Assembly (NCBI RefSeq): GCF_009914755.1
Contig: NC_060933.1
Source: the human T2T-CHM13v2.0 reference genome, Homo sapiens
DNA length: 64,000 nt
Direction: 5' to 3' (one strand)
The notes under the pieces are model-generated. The model was not told the DNA's origin. It did no database searches and was given only the letters and a program-made list of their open reading frames with translations. How positions within the stretch are numbered: position 1 is the first letter of the stretch; every line of letters begins with the position of its first letter. The position numbers were made by a program, and so were the translations under genes. Of this stretch, positions 31,651 to 44,443 are shown in pieces.

Positions 31651-32474
31651 TGTGTTGGTCATGTGACTTGTTGCTGTCAAATTCGTTCCTTACCATTCTC
31701 TTTCTTTGTTCTGAATCACCAGAGAATGACATTACAACATTTTCCTTTTTTTTTTCTTTTTTTTTTTTTTTTTCTGATATGGAGTCTCACTCTATTGACC
31801 AGGCTAGAGTGCAGTGGCACAATCTCAGCTCACTGAAACCTCCACCTCCCTGGTTCAAGCGATCCTCCTGCCTCAGCCTCCAGAGTAGCTGGGATTACAG
31901 GTATGCACCACCACGCCTGGCTAATTTTTGTATTTTTAGTAGAGATGGGGTTTCACCATGTTGGCCAGGCTGGTCTCAAACTCCTCAGGTGATCCACATG
32001 CCTTTGCCTCCCAAAGTGCTGGGATTATAGGCATGAACCACTGTGCCCAGCCACATTACAACATTTTCTAAGAGCCCTTGCTCTTTGGCCTCCTGGCAGA
32101 TTTGCCAATGAGAAGGATTGATTGACAACTGGGGGGCAGAAGAAGGGGAAACCTTGGAGTAGGTTCCCCTTGTTCTCTCTCTGACTTGGATGGCTCCCAC
32201 AGTGTCTTCATCTCTTCTGTGGCTCCAACTCCCAATGGGCTGGCACCAGCATCATTTCAGCTCTCGGCTCTGGCAACTACACCTCCTCTCATTATACCTC
32301 CAGCCCTAGAAGTGATGGTGGCTTTCTTTCCTTAGAATCATTAGATTGATTCCAATTCCCTTATTTGAATTTTTAGATTTCCCCTCCACTCCCCATCTGT
32401 TTGACCAATTAAATTCAATTCCCTCCATTTGTAAGACTCAGAAGTATTTCTATTTTATTGACCAGTCTCTGGCT
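31651..32474 (+). mobile_element. LTR33-like ERVL LTR, interrupted by an Alu
   Basis: CCCTTGCTCTTTGGCCTCCTGGC...TTTGCCAATGAGAAGG...CTCCAGCCCTAGAAGTGATGGTGGCTT. Confidence 0.7.
31740..32052 (-). mobile_element. AluS (Sx-like)
   Basis: Reverse Alu; TSD ACATTACAACATTTT on both sides. Confidence 0.95.
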
Positions 32475-33080
32475 ATATTACTCTTCTATTGTTGCATAAC
32501 AAGTTACCAAAAACTTAGAGGCTTAGAATGATACTATTTTTTATCACTCAGTTTCTGCTGGTAAAAAATCTAGATGGGCTTTGCTGGGTATTCTCCTCCA
32601 GGTCTGAGAAGAATAAAATCAAGGTGTTTGCTGGACTTGGCTCTTATTTGACAGCTCTGGAAAAGAATCTATGTTCAACCTCATTCAGATTGCTGAATTC
32701 ACATATTTTCTCAATGGGATAAGGCTGAGATCCTCATTTCCTTGCTGATGTTTGCTTTGTGATGTTAGAGGCTTCTCACACTCTTTCTCACACGGTTTCC
32801 TCTTCCATTCTCAAAGCAACAACCACATGTTGAGTCTCTCATGCTCTAAATCTCTCTGACCCTACTTCTACCACCACTGAGAGAAAGCACTCTGCTTTTA
32901 GGGATTCATATGATTATGTCGGGGCTGCCCAGATAAATCCAAGATGATCTATTTTGAAGTAAACTATGCCATGTAACATAATTATGGGAGTGATGGTATG
33001 TCACCATAATCACACGTGCCAGGGGTAAGGCTAGAACAGGACATCTCTGGGTGGCCATTATAGAAATCAGCCTATCCCAC
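32475..33080 (-). mobile_element. MLT1E-type solo LTR
   Basis: TATTGTTGCATAACAAGTTACCAAAAACTTAGAGGCTTA start; CTCTGCTTTTAGGGATTCATATGATTA; AGAAATCAGCCTATCCCAC end. Confidence 0.82.
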
Positions 33081-33149
33081 TGACAAATACAAGAAGGGAC
33101 TCAATTTTTCTTATTAGCAATAATATTTCAGAGTATACTGTATAGCTCT

Positions 33150-33780
33150 GCCTGTGTTCTAAGTAGCTATGGTAAATGATGAAATAGATAAATGGATATT
33201 TCCAAAAGAGTGTCTGAACTTTCCAAGGCTCATAAAATCCAACACATTATATATATATATAGTTTTGTCAGAGGACCTGAATTATACAACCTAATATGAC
33301 ATATGAAACTCACTTGAATTAAGATAATAATTAAATTTAAAATCATATCTCAAAAGATCTCAGAAAGCTGGAAAAAACTTGCTTTAAAACAAATTTAAAA
33401 GGGATGAATATAAATTCCTGAATTTAGATTCCTAAACTATCTTTACACACAAGGAAATAAACCCTACCAGTAGCACATATAAAAATTAGTTCTCAAGTTC
33501 AATGGGTATCAGCAGTATAAAATAGCTGCTCTTGAAACTATTTAAGGTTAAATTAAAGAAGTATAATGTTAGGCTCCAGGCAGGAGATAGCTTTGCTTTA
33601 TGCATTCTGGCAAAACCATGCCAGGTTTCAGATAGTGCAATTTAAAGGGGATTTGGACAAATATAAACAGATCAAGAGAAGAAAAATCATGTTATGTGTG
33701 GTCTCCAAATTATGCCATATGAGGGAATTTAGTCTGAAATGACTAGACTCAGGGGACAAACATGAAATATGTGAATTATC
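33150..33780 (+). mobile_element. L3/CR1 LINE remnant
   Basis: AATTTAAAAGGGATGAATATAAATTCCTG and TTTAAAGGGGATTTGGACAAA..ATCAAGAGAAG resemble the CR1 RT 3' region. Confidence 0.65.
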
Positions 33781-33829
33781 AGGACATGAACTGGGTCAGA
33801 TGACTCAGTGTAACAACTATCTTAAAGCT

Positions 33830-34060
33830 GGTGGAGGGGAAATACAGACTGACTGCTTAATAGGCACAGATTTCATTTTGGGTTGATGGAAAAGTTCTGG
33901 AAATAGTGATGATGGTTGCACAACATTGTGAATGTGTTTAATGCCACTGAAATATATACTTTAAAACTGTAAAAGTCATTTCTGTTGCATATACTTTACT
34001 GCAATTAAAAAATGGTTAAATGATAAATTTGACAATAGGTGTATTTTGCCAAAATAAAAA
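33830..34060 (+). mobile_element. L1MB-type 3' end
   Basis: GATGGAAAAGTTCTGGAAATAGTGATGATGGTTGCACAACATTGTGAATG...AATGCCACTGAA. Confidence 0.85.
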
Positions 34061-34077
34061 TTAGTGTAACTACCTCA

Positions 34078-34290
34078 ATAAGGCTGCTCAAATCTGACTC
34101 TGCATCAGAACCACCTGGAAAGACTTTTACAAAAATGTTCCTGACACTTTACACTGCAGAGTCCTATTCAGAAAATTAAGGGTGATGGTTAATAATCCAT
34201 CTATTTATCAGCTGTTGATTGGATGCCTGATTTGCTCCTGACACTCTGCTGTCACTGGCCTGGAACAAGGACCAGCATTTGGGAACCATT
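34078..34290. mobile_element. MER5-family hAT MITE
   Basis: CTCAAATCTGACTCTGCATCAGAACCACCTGG...TTTGGGAACCATT. Confidence 0.65.
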
Positions 34291-34738
34291 AACCTGGAAG
34301 CTTAAGTTATTCCTATTAATGCAGACATTCAGGCGGTGACATTGGAATTGCAATTCCGTATTAAAAAGTGATGAGTCCAGAGACCTATTTTTTCTTGTCC
34401 AACTCTCAAAAGTATTTGAATTGATAACATTGCAAGAAATCAATCACAGGTTTATTGTGTATCTTGACTCCAATAAAAAAATAAAATATTCTTCTATTTT
34501 TTCTTTGTGCAAATAATAACATGCCCAAATTGATCTCAGGTTTCAGAGGAAACAAACATGATCGTTTTCCAAATTCTCTACTTGTAATGCTTAAGTGACT
34601 AATAAGGAGTGATCACACAGTGATTTACAGCATGGGTTGTTTGTACGTGGGTTCAAACACTGGTCCTAGCTTTTATTAATACTATCTCTGTGAACTATGT
34701 CATGGCTTTTTTGTTTGTTTGTTTGTTTTTCATCTCCT

Positions 34739-35081
34739 TGTACTATGTCAGTTTCCCTGAAACAGACCCAGATTCTGAGATTTGTAACAAAAGCCACAGC
34801 TGATCCTGTGAGAACTTCTGGGGCTGGATGTTGCATGTTCCTGTCTCAAGGTCAAGGGCCTGAGACTTCATAACCTACAATTGCCATCACTGAATGTGAG
34901 CTCCCTCTGGGGAGGGAGTGTGGCTCTGGGTGTGGTCAATTGCCTTTATCCAGTGATGCCTCCTGGAGAGGGACTGAGCTAAGAGTCCTCAGCAACTAAA
35001 TCTCCCAGCAATTGGGAGAAGAGGGGCTCAATCCTGAAGTGGGGAGGAAGAAGTTTGAGTGGAACCACAGCATCAACTGTA
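34739..35081 (-). mobile_element. LTR16-like ERVL LTR nested in a MIR (34615-35190)
   Basis: CAGCTGATCCTGTGAGAACTTCTGGGGCTGGATG, CCTGGAGAGGGACTGAGCT, CAATCCTGAAGTGGGGA; MIR core resumes at ~35082. Confidence 0.65.
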
Positions 35082-35192
35082 ATCTCTAAGTCTCAGTTAC
35101 CTCATAAAATGATTGTGCTGTTTAAATAAGATAATGCATGCATAGTGCTTATCATAGTGCCTGTCTTATGGAGACTGCTCAAAAATGATACA

Positions 35193-35798
35193 TGCAGTGG
35201 AGAGAATTCTAAGATGAGCTCCAAAATCTCCTCATTTTTGTATAATCCCTTCTGCTTTTTATTGTGGGTAGAGCCTGTGAATATGAGGAGATATTAGTGT
35301 GGTGATAATGCTGCACTGTACAGCAAAAGGGAGGTTTTCCTAGGTGGGTCTGATCTAATCAGATAAGTCCTTTAAAAGCAGAGAGTTTTTCTGGTCATTG
35401 CAGGAGAGGAAGCCAGAGAGATGTGCTTGGCTGGCCTGGAAGAAGGCAGGCATCAGTCTTGTATGTTACCTATGGAGGAAGCCACATGGCAAAATCCTGA
35501 GACTGGCCCCTAAGAGTAGAGAGTGGATCCCATCTGAAAGCTGGCAAGAAAATAAGAACCTCAGTCTTACAGCCACAAGAAAGAAAGTCTGCCAATGCCC
35601 AGCAAGCTTAGAAGAGGACCACAAAACTCTGGTGATAACCATAGCCCTAGGAAATGCCTTGAGTTCAGCCTGGTGAAGAATCCAGTCACTCTATACCTGG
35701 CCTTTGGACCTATAGAAACTCTTAAGACAACAAATTTAAAGCCACTAAAGCCACTAAATTTGTAGTATCTTGTAATGTAGCAATTAAAAACTAAGATA
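35193..35798 (+). mobile_element. MLT1E-type solo LTR
   Basis: AGAATTCTAAGATG start; CTTTAAAAGCAGAGAGTTTT; AAGCCACTAAATTTGTAGTA...AAAACTAAGATA end. Confidence 0.85.
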
Positions 35799-36239
35799 GT
35801 TTATTATTATTACTACCACTACTTTTATTATTACTATCAATAAACTTTGTCTTAGACCTTCTGGCAACGTTTTGTATCCAAGGTTGAAGTCCTCCAGACC
35901 TTTCCCAGAGCAAGTAATCAAGACAATGGAGGAACCATCAATGATTGAGCTCTGAAGTGTTATCTTTAAGGTTGCCTCTTTTGTCTTCTGTGAAATTTTG
36001 TATTAGACCAGGCTAAAGGCAGACAATCGTTAAGACAAGATGTAACTTAAAACCCTGACTTGCCAAAGCAAGTCTCATTTATTCTTGTTGTCACAACAGA
36101 GTTAATAATCGCATCCTCTTTAGCTTTAATAATATCACAGGTGAAATGATAAATTATACAGTCACCTCTCAGCTCATTGACACAGTTCTAACTGCAGCCA
36201 AATTGGAAAAACTCCTTTCTCTCTTTTTCAGCGATCAAT

Positions 36240-36690
36240 TGATCAGTCAACCCTTATTGAATATTCACTGTGTGCTAGATGATGTGGACATAGCAATGAG
36301 CAACACAAGACTGATACCACCATTCCCTGTCCCCTCACACACACACACACACACACACATACACACGCACACACACACACACACAGAGAAAGAGAGAGAC
36401 AGAGAGAGAGAGATCTTTCCTGGAGTTTAAAGTCTAATGAGAAATATAGACACTTGGACAATATTACAGTATACTCTACATTTTATGGTTGAGAGAGATG
36501 GGGGCTATCGGAGCACTGAAGAGGGAGAAGAAGTTTGGACTTGGGGAATCACAGGTTTCTCAAAGAATGAGTTCAGAAGAGTGGGTCAGATAAAGAAAAC
36601 AGAGGAAGACTTATCTTTTAAATGATGCTAACGGTTTGGACATTTTTGTAAAGGAAAAGTTGAGATGTTGACGTGTTTAAAACATGGTAA
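36240..36690 (-). mobile_element. L2 remnant containing a (CA)n(GA)n microsatellite at 36336-36412
   Basis: TTATTGAATATTCACTGTGTGCTAGA...ACATAGCAATGAGCAACACAAG. Confidence 0.65.
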
Positions 36691-37189
36691 TTAATGTTTC
36701 GTTGTTTTTCTACATTCGTGACTTTATATATGTCCTACCTACAAACTGAGATGCCTCATACCTGGCTTTGCCTATCAATACCCACTTCTACTTCTTAAAT
36801 TACACCCGTGATAATTTTATTTCCTGTTGCATGTGAACACATCTTATCTGAGTCTCTATTTTGACATATTACATACTAACTTTTTATTTCAGTTACCTAG
36901 ATGCATATTTTATTTTTCCTAGGTAAGACTTGACTATCAGCTCATTGAGAATGGTGATCATGCCTATTAGAGGTTTTCTCATGTATTAAATTTGCAAGTT
37001 TTATTTAAAAATCCACATTCATAATTTTAACATACGTATTAGGTGTTTACTATTTGTGCCAGGTACTTGGAGACTTCGAAGTAGAGCAAAATCTTCCTCC
37101 TAGTCTCAGGAGCTCACACTGCAGTGGGTGAGATAGTCAAGACAAATAAGAACAGGGAAGAGACATGGGTGTTTTAAAACATAGGTCTT

Positions 37190-37730
37190 ATTGTTATTCA
37201 GGTATTCAGGCTTCTCCTGATCTGTTGGAGATCAGAAGAAGCCTAGCATTGAAAAGACAGTTTGTTACTTACAGTTCCCAAGAGGTAGGAGCATGCCACA
37301 CCATGCAAAAAGGTCACATGGAGAAGTATCAGAGTTGGGGAAGGAAGCAGGAGGAATATGAAAAGAATGTGAGTAAGAGCTTTTATTGTGATTTTCATAG
37401 GAAGGACCAGGTGAGGACTAGGCTTATGATTGTTTAGTTTGAATAATTTCAGTGAGCTCTGGGGTGTAGGAGCTGTCCTGAGTTGCCTGGTACCTGGACC
37501 TGGGGTGATTAGGTTAGAGGAATATTGACCTGGAGTGTGAAGAGCCAGATAGAGGAGGTATGTGGAGGGGCAAGGGACATGATGGGCTCTTGGCTAATTT
37601 GCATATGAAAAGTATGCTCACTGGTAGATTGTTTACTCTCTTTAGGAATTTTCCAGTTCTCAAAGTGGGATTTCTTCCATGGTCAGTAAGGCTCCAGATT
37701 TGAAAGATCGGACGAAAAAGACATGCTTAA
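37190..37730 (-). mobile_element. ERVL LTR of the MER74/MER73/MER54 group
   Basis: TTGAAAAGACAGTTTGTTACTTAC...TAGTTTGAATAATTTCAGTGAGCTCTGGGG...CCTGGTACCTGGACCTGGGGTGATTAGG...TTTGCATATGAAA. Confidence 0.75.
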
Positions 37731-38196
37731 CCCATTAAGCAAGAAACTATAAGAAATCAGAGAGGTAGCCTGTAATTCTGAATGAAATTAATATGTTATG
37801 AGAACAGCCCAGGATTAAAACTTGATTTCAGGCATCATTCTGCCACTGAACAGGTATGTGATGGTTACGCAAGTCACCTCATTTCTCAAAGTTTCAGTTT
37901 CCCAGCATGAAAAATGAGAGCACTGGATCAGTGGTTCACTGACTGCACTTGCCACAATCTCAATAGAGACCTTAGGAGGGCCCAGTGGGGCCAGCCAAGA
38001 AGACTGGGCTTTTAGGCTTTTACCCCAGCTTCAATCAAAGCACCAATACCTGTTTCCACTTCACATGCTGGAACCAAGGATTTCTGAGTGTGAGTGCACG
38101 CATGCATCACCTTTCCCCCAATACAGACCCAAATCTGAGAACAATTTGAGGAGGTGATAGCTCTTTCCTTTTCTCCTTCTTTCCTCTCCTTCCATT

Positions 38197-38249
38197 GTTT
38201 TTTTGTTTTGTTTTGTTTTGTTTTGTTTTGTTTTGTTTTGTTTTGTTTT
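38197..38249. repeat. (TTTTG)n pentanucleotide repeat
   Basis: Read directly; ends in TTTTAG. Confidence 0.95.
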
Positions 38250-38649
38250 AGGAAGTCATTCTGGGACTCTGGATAGAAGAAGAAAAGATAACCAGAGCTG
38301 GAGCAGATGGCCAGAGGTAAGCAAAATCCTCTGTGGTGGCCGCAGCAAGCTCCAAGAGCCTCCTTATCAGTAAACTAACCACATGCCACAATTTGCCATG
38401 TGCACAGGACTCTCAATGCTCTCTCTCTCTACATCTGTCTCTCATTATAGTTCCCAACCCCACCTTTTTGCACCATTCACACATTTCAACCAGTAGTAAT
38501 CCCCAGACCACTTATTCATGCACTGTAAATGATAACTGTCTGACTCACCATGGAGTAGACCATAGGAATGGATTGCTATGAGCCCACAGCAATAGCAAAT
38601 AGTTGGAACAATTTGCAAACCAACAAACCATTATTTCTCTTTTTTTTTC

Positions 38650-39065
38650 AGCAACATCTTCGAAAGTTCTCCCCATTCTTCACTTTTATTTGTAGTGCCT
38701 GAGTTCATACCTCATTACCTCTCATCTGGTCTATTTCAGTAGCCTTTGAGTAAGTCTCTTTATCTTCCAAATCATCTTGCACATACCAGTAATGAAATGT
38801 TGGCGTTAACAAAGCAGCCCGGATCATGTTACTCCTCTCCTTAATACTATTTACTGGCTCCTTGTTTATATCACCATAAATTGCATAGAACCTAGATATT
38901 CTAAATATTGGCCTCAGTCTACCTCTTTACCCCTTCCCAACTTATGCCCCAGCTACATTGGATGCCACTGTCTCTCCTCTTTTCCTCTGACTTATCCAAT
39001 TATCAGTTTTCCTCCTCTTTCCAAGTCTTATAAATGTTGACTTTACCCATAAAACTGTTGCTGTT
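38650..39065 (+). mobile_element. L2 remnant
   Basis: CCTCATTACCTCTCATCTGGTCTATT, GATCATGTTACTCCTCTCCTTAA, TGGCTCC. Confidence 0.7.
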
Positions 39066-39132
39066 AGTCAAAATCAACTTATCCCATCCTAGAGGTTGAT
39101 TGGTACTCCAGTTATTTTATTTTATGTTTTGA

Positions 39133-39608
<476 letters not shown>

Positions 39609-39619
39609 TAAACTCATTT

Positions 39620-39924
39620 CTATTTATTTGTGTATTTATTGAGATAGGATTTCACCCTGTTGCCCAGGCTGGAGTGCAATGGTGTGATCTTGACTCTGTA
39701 ACCTCAACCTCTTGGGCTCAAGCGATCCTCTTACCTCAGCCTCCCAAGTAGCTGAAACGACAGGTGTGCACCACTGCATCTGGCTATTGTTTGTTTGTCT
39801 TTTTGGTAGAGATGGGGTTTCACCATGTTACCCAGGCTGGTCTCTAACTCCTGAGCTCAGGTTATCCTCCCGTCTTGGCCTCCCAAAGTGCTGGGATTAC
39901 ATGCATGAGCCACAGTGCCCGGCC
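39620..39924 (-). mobile_element. AluJ (Jb-like)
   Basis: Reverse Alu with GGCTCAAGCGATCCTC; TSD AACTCATTTCTATTT. Confidence 0.92.
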
Positions 39925-39939
39925 TAACTCATTTCTATT

Positions 39940-41300
39940 TAGGCTTTTATTGTCACCAGCCTTCTGAAATGGTATGATCATCAACTATCCCAAGTTAAGT
40001 CCGATCGTCATTTCTTCTCCTTTTATTCAAACTTTCAGAAACACTCAACAGAATTGGTCACTTTTTCTTTTTTAAAGAAACACTTTTTTTCTCATTTAGA
40101 AAAACATATTCTTCTGGGGTTAATCCTACTGCACTAGCTTTTCCTTCTCAGTTATCTTTGTCACTCTTTTTCAGCCTGACTGCTAATTTTTGGTTTGGCC
40201 TCTAAAATTATTTCTGGCCACCTCCGATCTCATATCTAAACTCTTTCTCTATGTTAGCTTGTCCAGCCATTTGGCCCCATGGCTTCAATTACCATCTGTT
40301 TGCAGGTAACTACCATGTTTTTATCTTTGTTACAGGTTTCCTTGAATACCATACTCCTGTATAAAATATCTTTTTAAATATATATTCTTGGAATTACCAA
40401 ATGTAGAGATTTTGAGCCTTTTTCCACTTCATGACCTGCTTCTACCCTAGTCATTGTCCTTTTGATATGTGGCCTTCAGACCCTAAAATCTAGAAGTTAT
40501 TCTTAATAATTTCACTCCTTAGAACCATTCCATCATTAAAAATCATTCTATCACTAAATTCTGTCAACTGAACATCCAAAACAGTATTCCGAATTTGTTT
40601 ATTTATAATTGTTACTACTATTGCCCTAGTTCAAGCCATCATTATTTCTTAGGATCACTTTAATACTCCTTGTTCATCTTATGACTTACACTCTTAGTCA
40701 TAAGACCAAAACGGAGTATTAAAGTAATCCTACACAGAAGTCTGTGTCATCTCTTTAAAACATACATTAGATTATGTAATTTGCCTGCTTAAAATCTTCC
40801 AACTGTTTCCAATTGCATTCAAAACTAAATCAAAACTGTTCATTATGATCTGCAAGTAGATCATGAGACCCTTTAAATAATCAAGACCCTGATTATCTTC
40901 TCAGAATCACTCACACTCAGCTTTCCTTATGTTCCAGCAATGCCTTCTGTCACTCAAAAGTCTAATGTCATTGTAGCCCTATGGCCTGTGTATTAACTTT
41001 TCCCTCCTACTAGAATCATTCCCCACCAGATATTGCATGGCTGTGCTTTCCTGTCATTTATAGCTAGGTGGCATTCACAGTCACCCAATGTAAAGAATCG
41101 ATTGCTTACTACCACAGTATCATATTTATCTTTTTTCACAGCACTTATTACTATCTTAAATGTTTATTTCATTATTTCCAGTATCTCCTGATTAGAATAT
41201 AAACCTTATAAAATCTGAGCCCCATGATTCTTACCGTTTCTGCCACTTAGAAGAGTGCCTTTCTTATTGTAGGTATTAGTTTGTTATTTATTAACTAAAT
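39940..41300 (+). mobile_element. Long L2 (L2a-like) remnant
   Basis: Colinear L2 motifs CCCCATGGCTTCAATTACCATCT, CCCTAGTTCAAGCCATCATT, GATTATGTAATTTGCCTGCTTAAAA, CAGCACTTATTACTATCT, ATTAGAATATAAAC. Confidence 0.82.
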
Positions 41301-41319
41301 AATTATAAACATGATTTTG

Positions 41320-41530
41320 AGAGCCATAGAAAGATAGATTTAAGTCTTAGCTGATAGTTTTTCTACTCTTGTGACCCTGGAAAACCCAATTTGACTTTTT
41401 GAGACTTGATTTCCACATCTATAAAATGAGGGCAGTGATATTTTTGTTTTGTTATAGTGAAGCTTAAATGAGAGTGTGCTGCTGAAATCCTTAATATGGT
41501 ACCCCAAACTTAGAGAGTACATAATAATGA
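41320..41530 (+). mobile_element. MIR
   Basis: TGTGACCCTGG...TTTCCACATCTATAAAATGAGG...TTAAATGAGA. Confidence 0.7.
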
Positions 41531-41812
41531 TGATTCATGTTCTTCTTAAGTATGATTATTAGTACCATTATTATATTATCATTGTTACCTAAGCACCTAC
41601 GATATTTACCTCGTCATTATTTTCACTGCTAATCATTATTACCTCATCACTGTTTTCACTATTTTGGATTATGGATCATGTGCTTTAGGGTATGAATGTC
41701 ACTTTCACAAGGGAATAAAACCATTGTCAACTATTACCTTACTATAATCTTACCTTACTATAATCTTCTCTTCAAAATTTCTTGTTTCTGAGTGGAAGAA
41801 AACTAAACTCTG

Positions 41813-42137
<325 letters not shown>

Positions 42138-42324
42138 AGAAAAGTAAGCTCTGAGTAATCAAAACATTTAACCCAGGCAAATCAAGATTTGAGAGGACTA
42201 TAACCAGCTCTTTCTCTGTATTCCATTTTGTTCTCAACAAGCTCCTGTAGATCCTGGAGGAAAGATCAAATGACCCCCATACACAACAAATAACTCTAAA
42301 ATTAGAGTGATTTCCATTATATCA

Positions 42325-42809
42325 CTTAGACAGTTAGCTGTTGAGGCATGATAAACCACTGTAAAGCTTAGTTCCTTAAAACAGAAATCATTCTGTTAGC
42401 TCAGGGTTCTATGGCCTAGTAATTTGGGCTGGACTCAGTGGTTCTGCTGTCTTTGACTGGGTTTACTCATGTATCTGAGGTCAGTGCTAGTCAGATAGGC
42501 AGCTCTGACTCCAACATTTGACTGGTTGTTAGTTGGGTTGACAGTGGCACCTGGTCTCCATGCCTTTAATTCTCTGGCAGGTTGACCTGGGTTTATTTAT
42601 ATGTTGATAGCAGGTTACAAGAGCAAAAAGATTGGAAGTTTTAAGACTTCTTAAAGCCTAGGCTTCTAATTGGTACACTCTCTCTTCCTCCACATTCTAT
42701 TGGCCAAAGTCAGTCACAAGAGTATCCCAGATTCAAAAGGTGGAGAAATCAACTACTTATTAATTAAAGTTGATCCAAAGTATTGTGGCTACTTTTGCAA
42801 TCTATCACA
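42325..42809 (-). mobile_element. MLT1H-type solo LTR
   Basis: CACATTCTATTGGCCAAAGTCAGTCACAAG..CCCAGATTCAA; TTTTGCAATCTATCACA end. Confidence 0.8.
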
Positions 42810-43899
42810 ATCAAATCGCCTGAGTATAGTATGAGAGATGTTAGTAACATAGTAATATCTGGAGGCATTAGCTCCTACCATTCCTCTAGCAATGTCAGAT
42901 CAAACAGTTCACAGCCAATCCACCCCATCTCCTTTGTAGAAGTCCTTTCATACAACGTTGGAGTAAATGCCTACTCTCATCTGCTTTTTGCTTCACTGGC
43001 TTATGTTCTACACTCTTTTAGCCAGTGGCTCATGTCCTCATCATCCATATCAGAGATATTAAACCTTTCATGTTCTCTTATCTCACATAATATCATCTGT
43101 CATCTGTTCTATTCCTTCAGGACTCAATTAGAAAGGCACTGCTTAGCTAATAATCAATTCATTCAATTATATTACTAACTAATGATGATTTTATATCTCA
43201 GAACAAATTGGCAATTTTGTTTTCATCTTCAATTCTCAAAATGGGCAAAATGGTAAAATTTCAGGCAAAGTGAGTGGGTGGGCCAGAGAAAGAAAAATGT
43301 GGGGAAAAGGGGTGGTTTGTTTATCTTGGAAATAAAATAACACATTCTTTCTATGCATAAAGTTAACTCTATTTCCCAGATTCCAACAATTGTGGTGGTG
43401 GCTTTAAAAGTTTGAAGTAATAGCATGTGTTACAGAAAGTTTTTTCCATCTTCCCAAAGAGCTGTCAGGCACACACAAGAGCACACACAAGGTTCTCTAT
43501 ATGAAACACATGCATATGTAGTTCCAAAACATCTGGTGAATCCAGTACCCAAATTAGTCAAACTGATGATTTGGCATCCTATAGACCAAGTATCTAAACA
43601 ATCAACAAAACAGATTGAAATTACTGGGGTTTAGGATGTAATGTGAAAAGACCAACTGGGCTAGGAATGGTTGGTTGACAGGTTGTAGCTGGCTGGCTGG
43701 CTGCCTGAAACATATGGGGGCCTCACTAGTGTATGGCTTTCTTCTCAAAGGCAATAGTGCATGCAGTGGCTGTGGACAGAGGCCTCTTTTTCAAAGATAC
43801 AGTCAGTGTTAGCTGGCTGGCTTTAACCAGCAAAGCAACATTCCATGTAAGCACAAGCTGTCCCCCAAGAGGGTTCATAGTGAGTGTGCAGTTATCCTT

Positions 43900-44095
43900 C
43901 ACATGAATATAACACACTGTGGAAAGCACTTTCACATAAACTGTCTCAGTATAGTGAAGCATTATTTTGTTTTATTTTTATCAACATATAATAAGTGAGA
44001 AAATTGTTGAAAGCTTACTGATTTCCCCAAGGTCACTTAGAAAATAGCAGAGCCAGGCCAAACATCTAGATATCCTAAGTCTGGGACACTATTTT
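43900..44095 (-). mobile_element. MIR
   Basis: AAAGCACTTTCACATA...CCCAAGGTCAC...AGCAGAGCCAGG. Confidence 0.7.
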
Positions 44096-44443
44096 CTGTG
44101 CAGAGATGAAGGAGGCTAGCTATAGGAGTGACCATCGTGAACAAATAAGGAAGGAAATTTTCAATATATGACACTGAAACCATATAGGGAGAGTAATCAG
44201 AGACGACACCAATATAATAGTCCATGATCATTTAGAGTTGGAATTATTTTAGATGTAATCTCTCTCCAGAATAAAATATTTTTCCATTTTGATGGTTACA
44301 CAAGTTCAGAAAGTGAGGAAAAACATGATAGTTAGACATGTATAACCTAAACAAAAACAAACTCATCAAAAACGGTGAAAACAAAGTTATTGTTATTCTT
44401 TTTGGTTACCTGAAATATTTGTATCTCATGAAACAGGATAAAG

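Noticed and set aside
42783-43178. 131-aa Ser-rich ORF in mostly unique sequence
   Set aside because: Non-ATG start inside an LTR end, no recognisable homology, and no convincing splice or promoter context.
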